Source of the DNA: Dendrobates tinctorius
Lineage: Eukaryota
Direction: 5' to 3'
DNA: 64,000 nucleotides
Assembly (NCBI RefSeq): GCF_039654945.1
Contig: NW_027361700.1
Coordinates: 17,856,001 to 17,920,000, forward strand
Shown here one piece after another: positions 62,201 through 64,000 of this stretch. Below the pieces are notes generated by a model. The model made no database searches. It was given only the letters and a program-made list of their open reading frames with translations, and was not told the DNA's origin. The translations under genes and the position numbers were made by a program. The first letter of the stretch is position 1. Each line of letters opens with the position of its first letter.

Positions 62201-64000
62201 TTCGGGAGCAGCCCTAAACCTAATGGACTTGGATTTTGCTAAACGTTGTCGATTTCCGATGACACCTCTGCAGACGCCTATCCCTTTGAGGGGGATTGAT
62301 GCTACCCCTTTGGCTAAAAATAAACCTCAGTTTTGGACCCAGGTGGTAATGCGGGTCGCCCCAGACCATCAAGAAAATTGCAGATTTTTGGTGTTGCATA
62401 ATCTGCACAATACTATTGTTCTGGGGTTTCCCTGGTTACAAATTCATAATCCAGTTTTGGATTGGAAATCTGTGTCTGTGGTGAGTTGGGGTTGTCGGTG
62501 TGCCTTTAGTGAGGCTCCGGTGTTTTCCACCTCTCCTCAGTCGCATGATGTTCCTGATTATTTGGCGGACTTTTATGATGTATTTAGTGAGAATGAGTCT
62601 GCGTCTCTGCCTCCTCATAGGAGTTATGACTGTGCAATTGAACTGAGCCCGGGGTGTAAATTTACCAAGGGTCGGCTCTTCAATTTATCTGTACCCGAGC
62701 ACGAGGCTATGCGATCCTATATTAAGGAGGCGTTGGAGAAGGGTCATATTAGACCATCCTCGTCACCCTTAGGTGCCGTTTTTTTTTTTGCAGCCAAAAA
62801 GGATGGATCATTAAGACCTTGTATTGATTATTGTGCCCTCAACAAAATTACTGTTAAATATCAGAATCCGTTACCCCTGATTTCTGATCTATTCTCCAGA
62901 GTTAAAGGTGCTTGCTGGTTTACCAAGCTTGACCTCAGGGGGGCGTATAATCTTATTCGCATTAAGCATGGGGACGAATGGAAGACGGCGTTTAATACTC
63001 CGGAGGGACACTTTTAGTACCTGGTGATGCCTTTTGGGCTCACTAATGCCCCTTCTGTCTTCCAGTGCTTCATGAACGATATTTTCCGAGATTTTGTCGA
63101 TAAATTTTTGATTATCTATCTGGATGATATTTTGATCTTCTCCAAGGATTGGGATTCTCATGTGGAACATATTCGGACTGTGTTCCGGATCTTGAGGGAG
63201 AATTCCCTGTATGTCAAAGGATCTAAATGCCTTTTTGGAGTACAGAGGATTTCTTTTTTGGGATTTATTTTGTCCCCGTCAACTATTGAAATGGACCCGG
63301 CCAAGGTACAGGCCATTTACGATTGGGTTCAGCCCACTTCTTTGAAGGCCCTCCAGATGTTTTTGGGTTTTGCTAATTTTTATCGGAAATTTATAGCAAA
63401 ATTTTCTAGTATTGCCAAGCCATTGACTGATCTGACTAAGAAGGGTACTGATGTGTTAAATTGGTCTCCGGAGGCTGTTTCTTCCTTTCAGGAGCTGAAG
63501 CGAAGATTCACCTCCGCCCCGGTTTTGCGGCAACCTGATGTCTCACTTCCATTCCAGGTAGAGGTGGATGCTTCTGAGATTGGTGCAGGAGCTGTTTTGT
63601 CCCAAAAAGATCCTGTAACATCTAAAATGAATCCCTGTGCTTTCTTTTCCCGAAAGTTCTCTCCATCTGAACGTAACTATGATGTGGGGAATAGGGAACT
63701 GTTGGCCATGAAATGGGCATTTGAGGAGTGGAGACATTGGTTGGAGGGATCTAAGCATCAAGTCGTGGTCCTCACTGACCACAAGAATTTGATTTACCTA
63801 GAGTCGGTTAAGCGCTTGAACCCTAGACAGGCTAGGTGGGCCTTGTTTTTTACACGTTTTGATTTTGTGGTTTCTTTTCTTCCTGGAACGAAGAATGTCA
63901 AGGCAGACGCCCTCTCTAGGAGCTTCTTTGCTGATTCTCCTGTGGTGACCAAGCCTGCTACCATCTTAGGCGAAGGGGTAGTTCTTTCTGCCATCTCGCC
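59287..64000 (+). mobile_element. Second Ty3/Gypsy (Sushi-like) element inserted in the RT of the first; 5' LTR ~59287-61397, gag-pol runs off the window
   Basis: TGTTG..TAACA LTR; gag with CCHC (CFFCGDASHIISVC), protease FVDSGA, RT LRPCIDY..KLDLRGAY..YLDD, RNase H VDAS; one nonsense codon at 63015-63017. Confidence 0.9.
59368..60679. mobile_element. Foldback non-autonomous Chapaev3-like (CMC superfamily) DNA transposon inside the Gypsy LTR
   Basis: TTA TSD; CAC(A/T)GGTCAAC termini; both arms carry the transposase N-terminus C.NDPDSFCYICG..AYFG..GDQDK.WAPH..C..C..WREP..H..DCY; 552-bp inverted arms. Confidence 0.82.

Noticed and set aside
63015-63017. Possible programmed stop readthrough in the Gypsy pol
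   Set aside because: The TAG lies within the RT motif GHFEY (GAG>TAG), not at the gag-pol junction, so it is an ordinary nonsense mutation.

Overview
This is vertebrate nuclear DNA, most likely from a frog (inferred from the repeat content). It carries the conserved CWC25 - SPMAP1/C17orf98 - RPL23 gene block, all on the minus strand. Genes present: CWC25 exons 1-2, a complete 3-exon SPMAP1 (166 aa) and a complete 5-exon RPL23 (140 aa) with a 5'TOP. RNA genes: a tRNA-Cys(GCA) cluster (3 intact, 2 defective) and three H/ACA SNORA21 copies, one lying downstream of the RPL23 poly(A) signal. Most of the rest is transposon-derived: a Rex1 LINE, a full-length DIRS1 with a nested Tc1, an intact CR1 LINE, two nested Ty3/Gypsy elements, a foldback Chapaev3-like element, a V-SINE, many MITEs and a 1.8-kb minisatellite. 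Best leads: (1) a U_UUA_AAC slippery site at the CR1 ORF1/ORF2 junction, suggesting programmed -1 frameshifting; (2) an apparently conserved extra-intronic SNORA21; (3) a ~550-bp hairpin of transposase sequence inside an LTR; (4) octamer-bearing 127-bp monomers in the CR1 5'UTR; (5) paired outward-facing splice donors in unrelated MITE families. All family assignments come from recognised motifs, not database searches.
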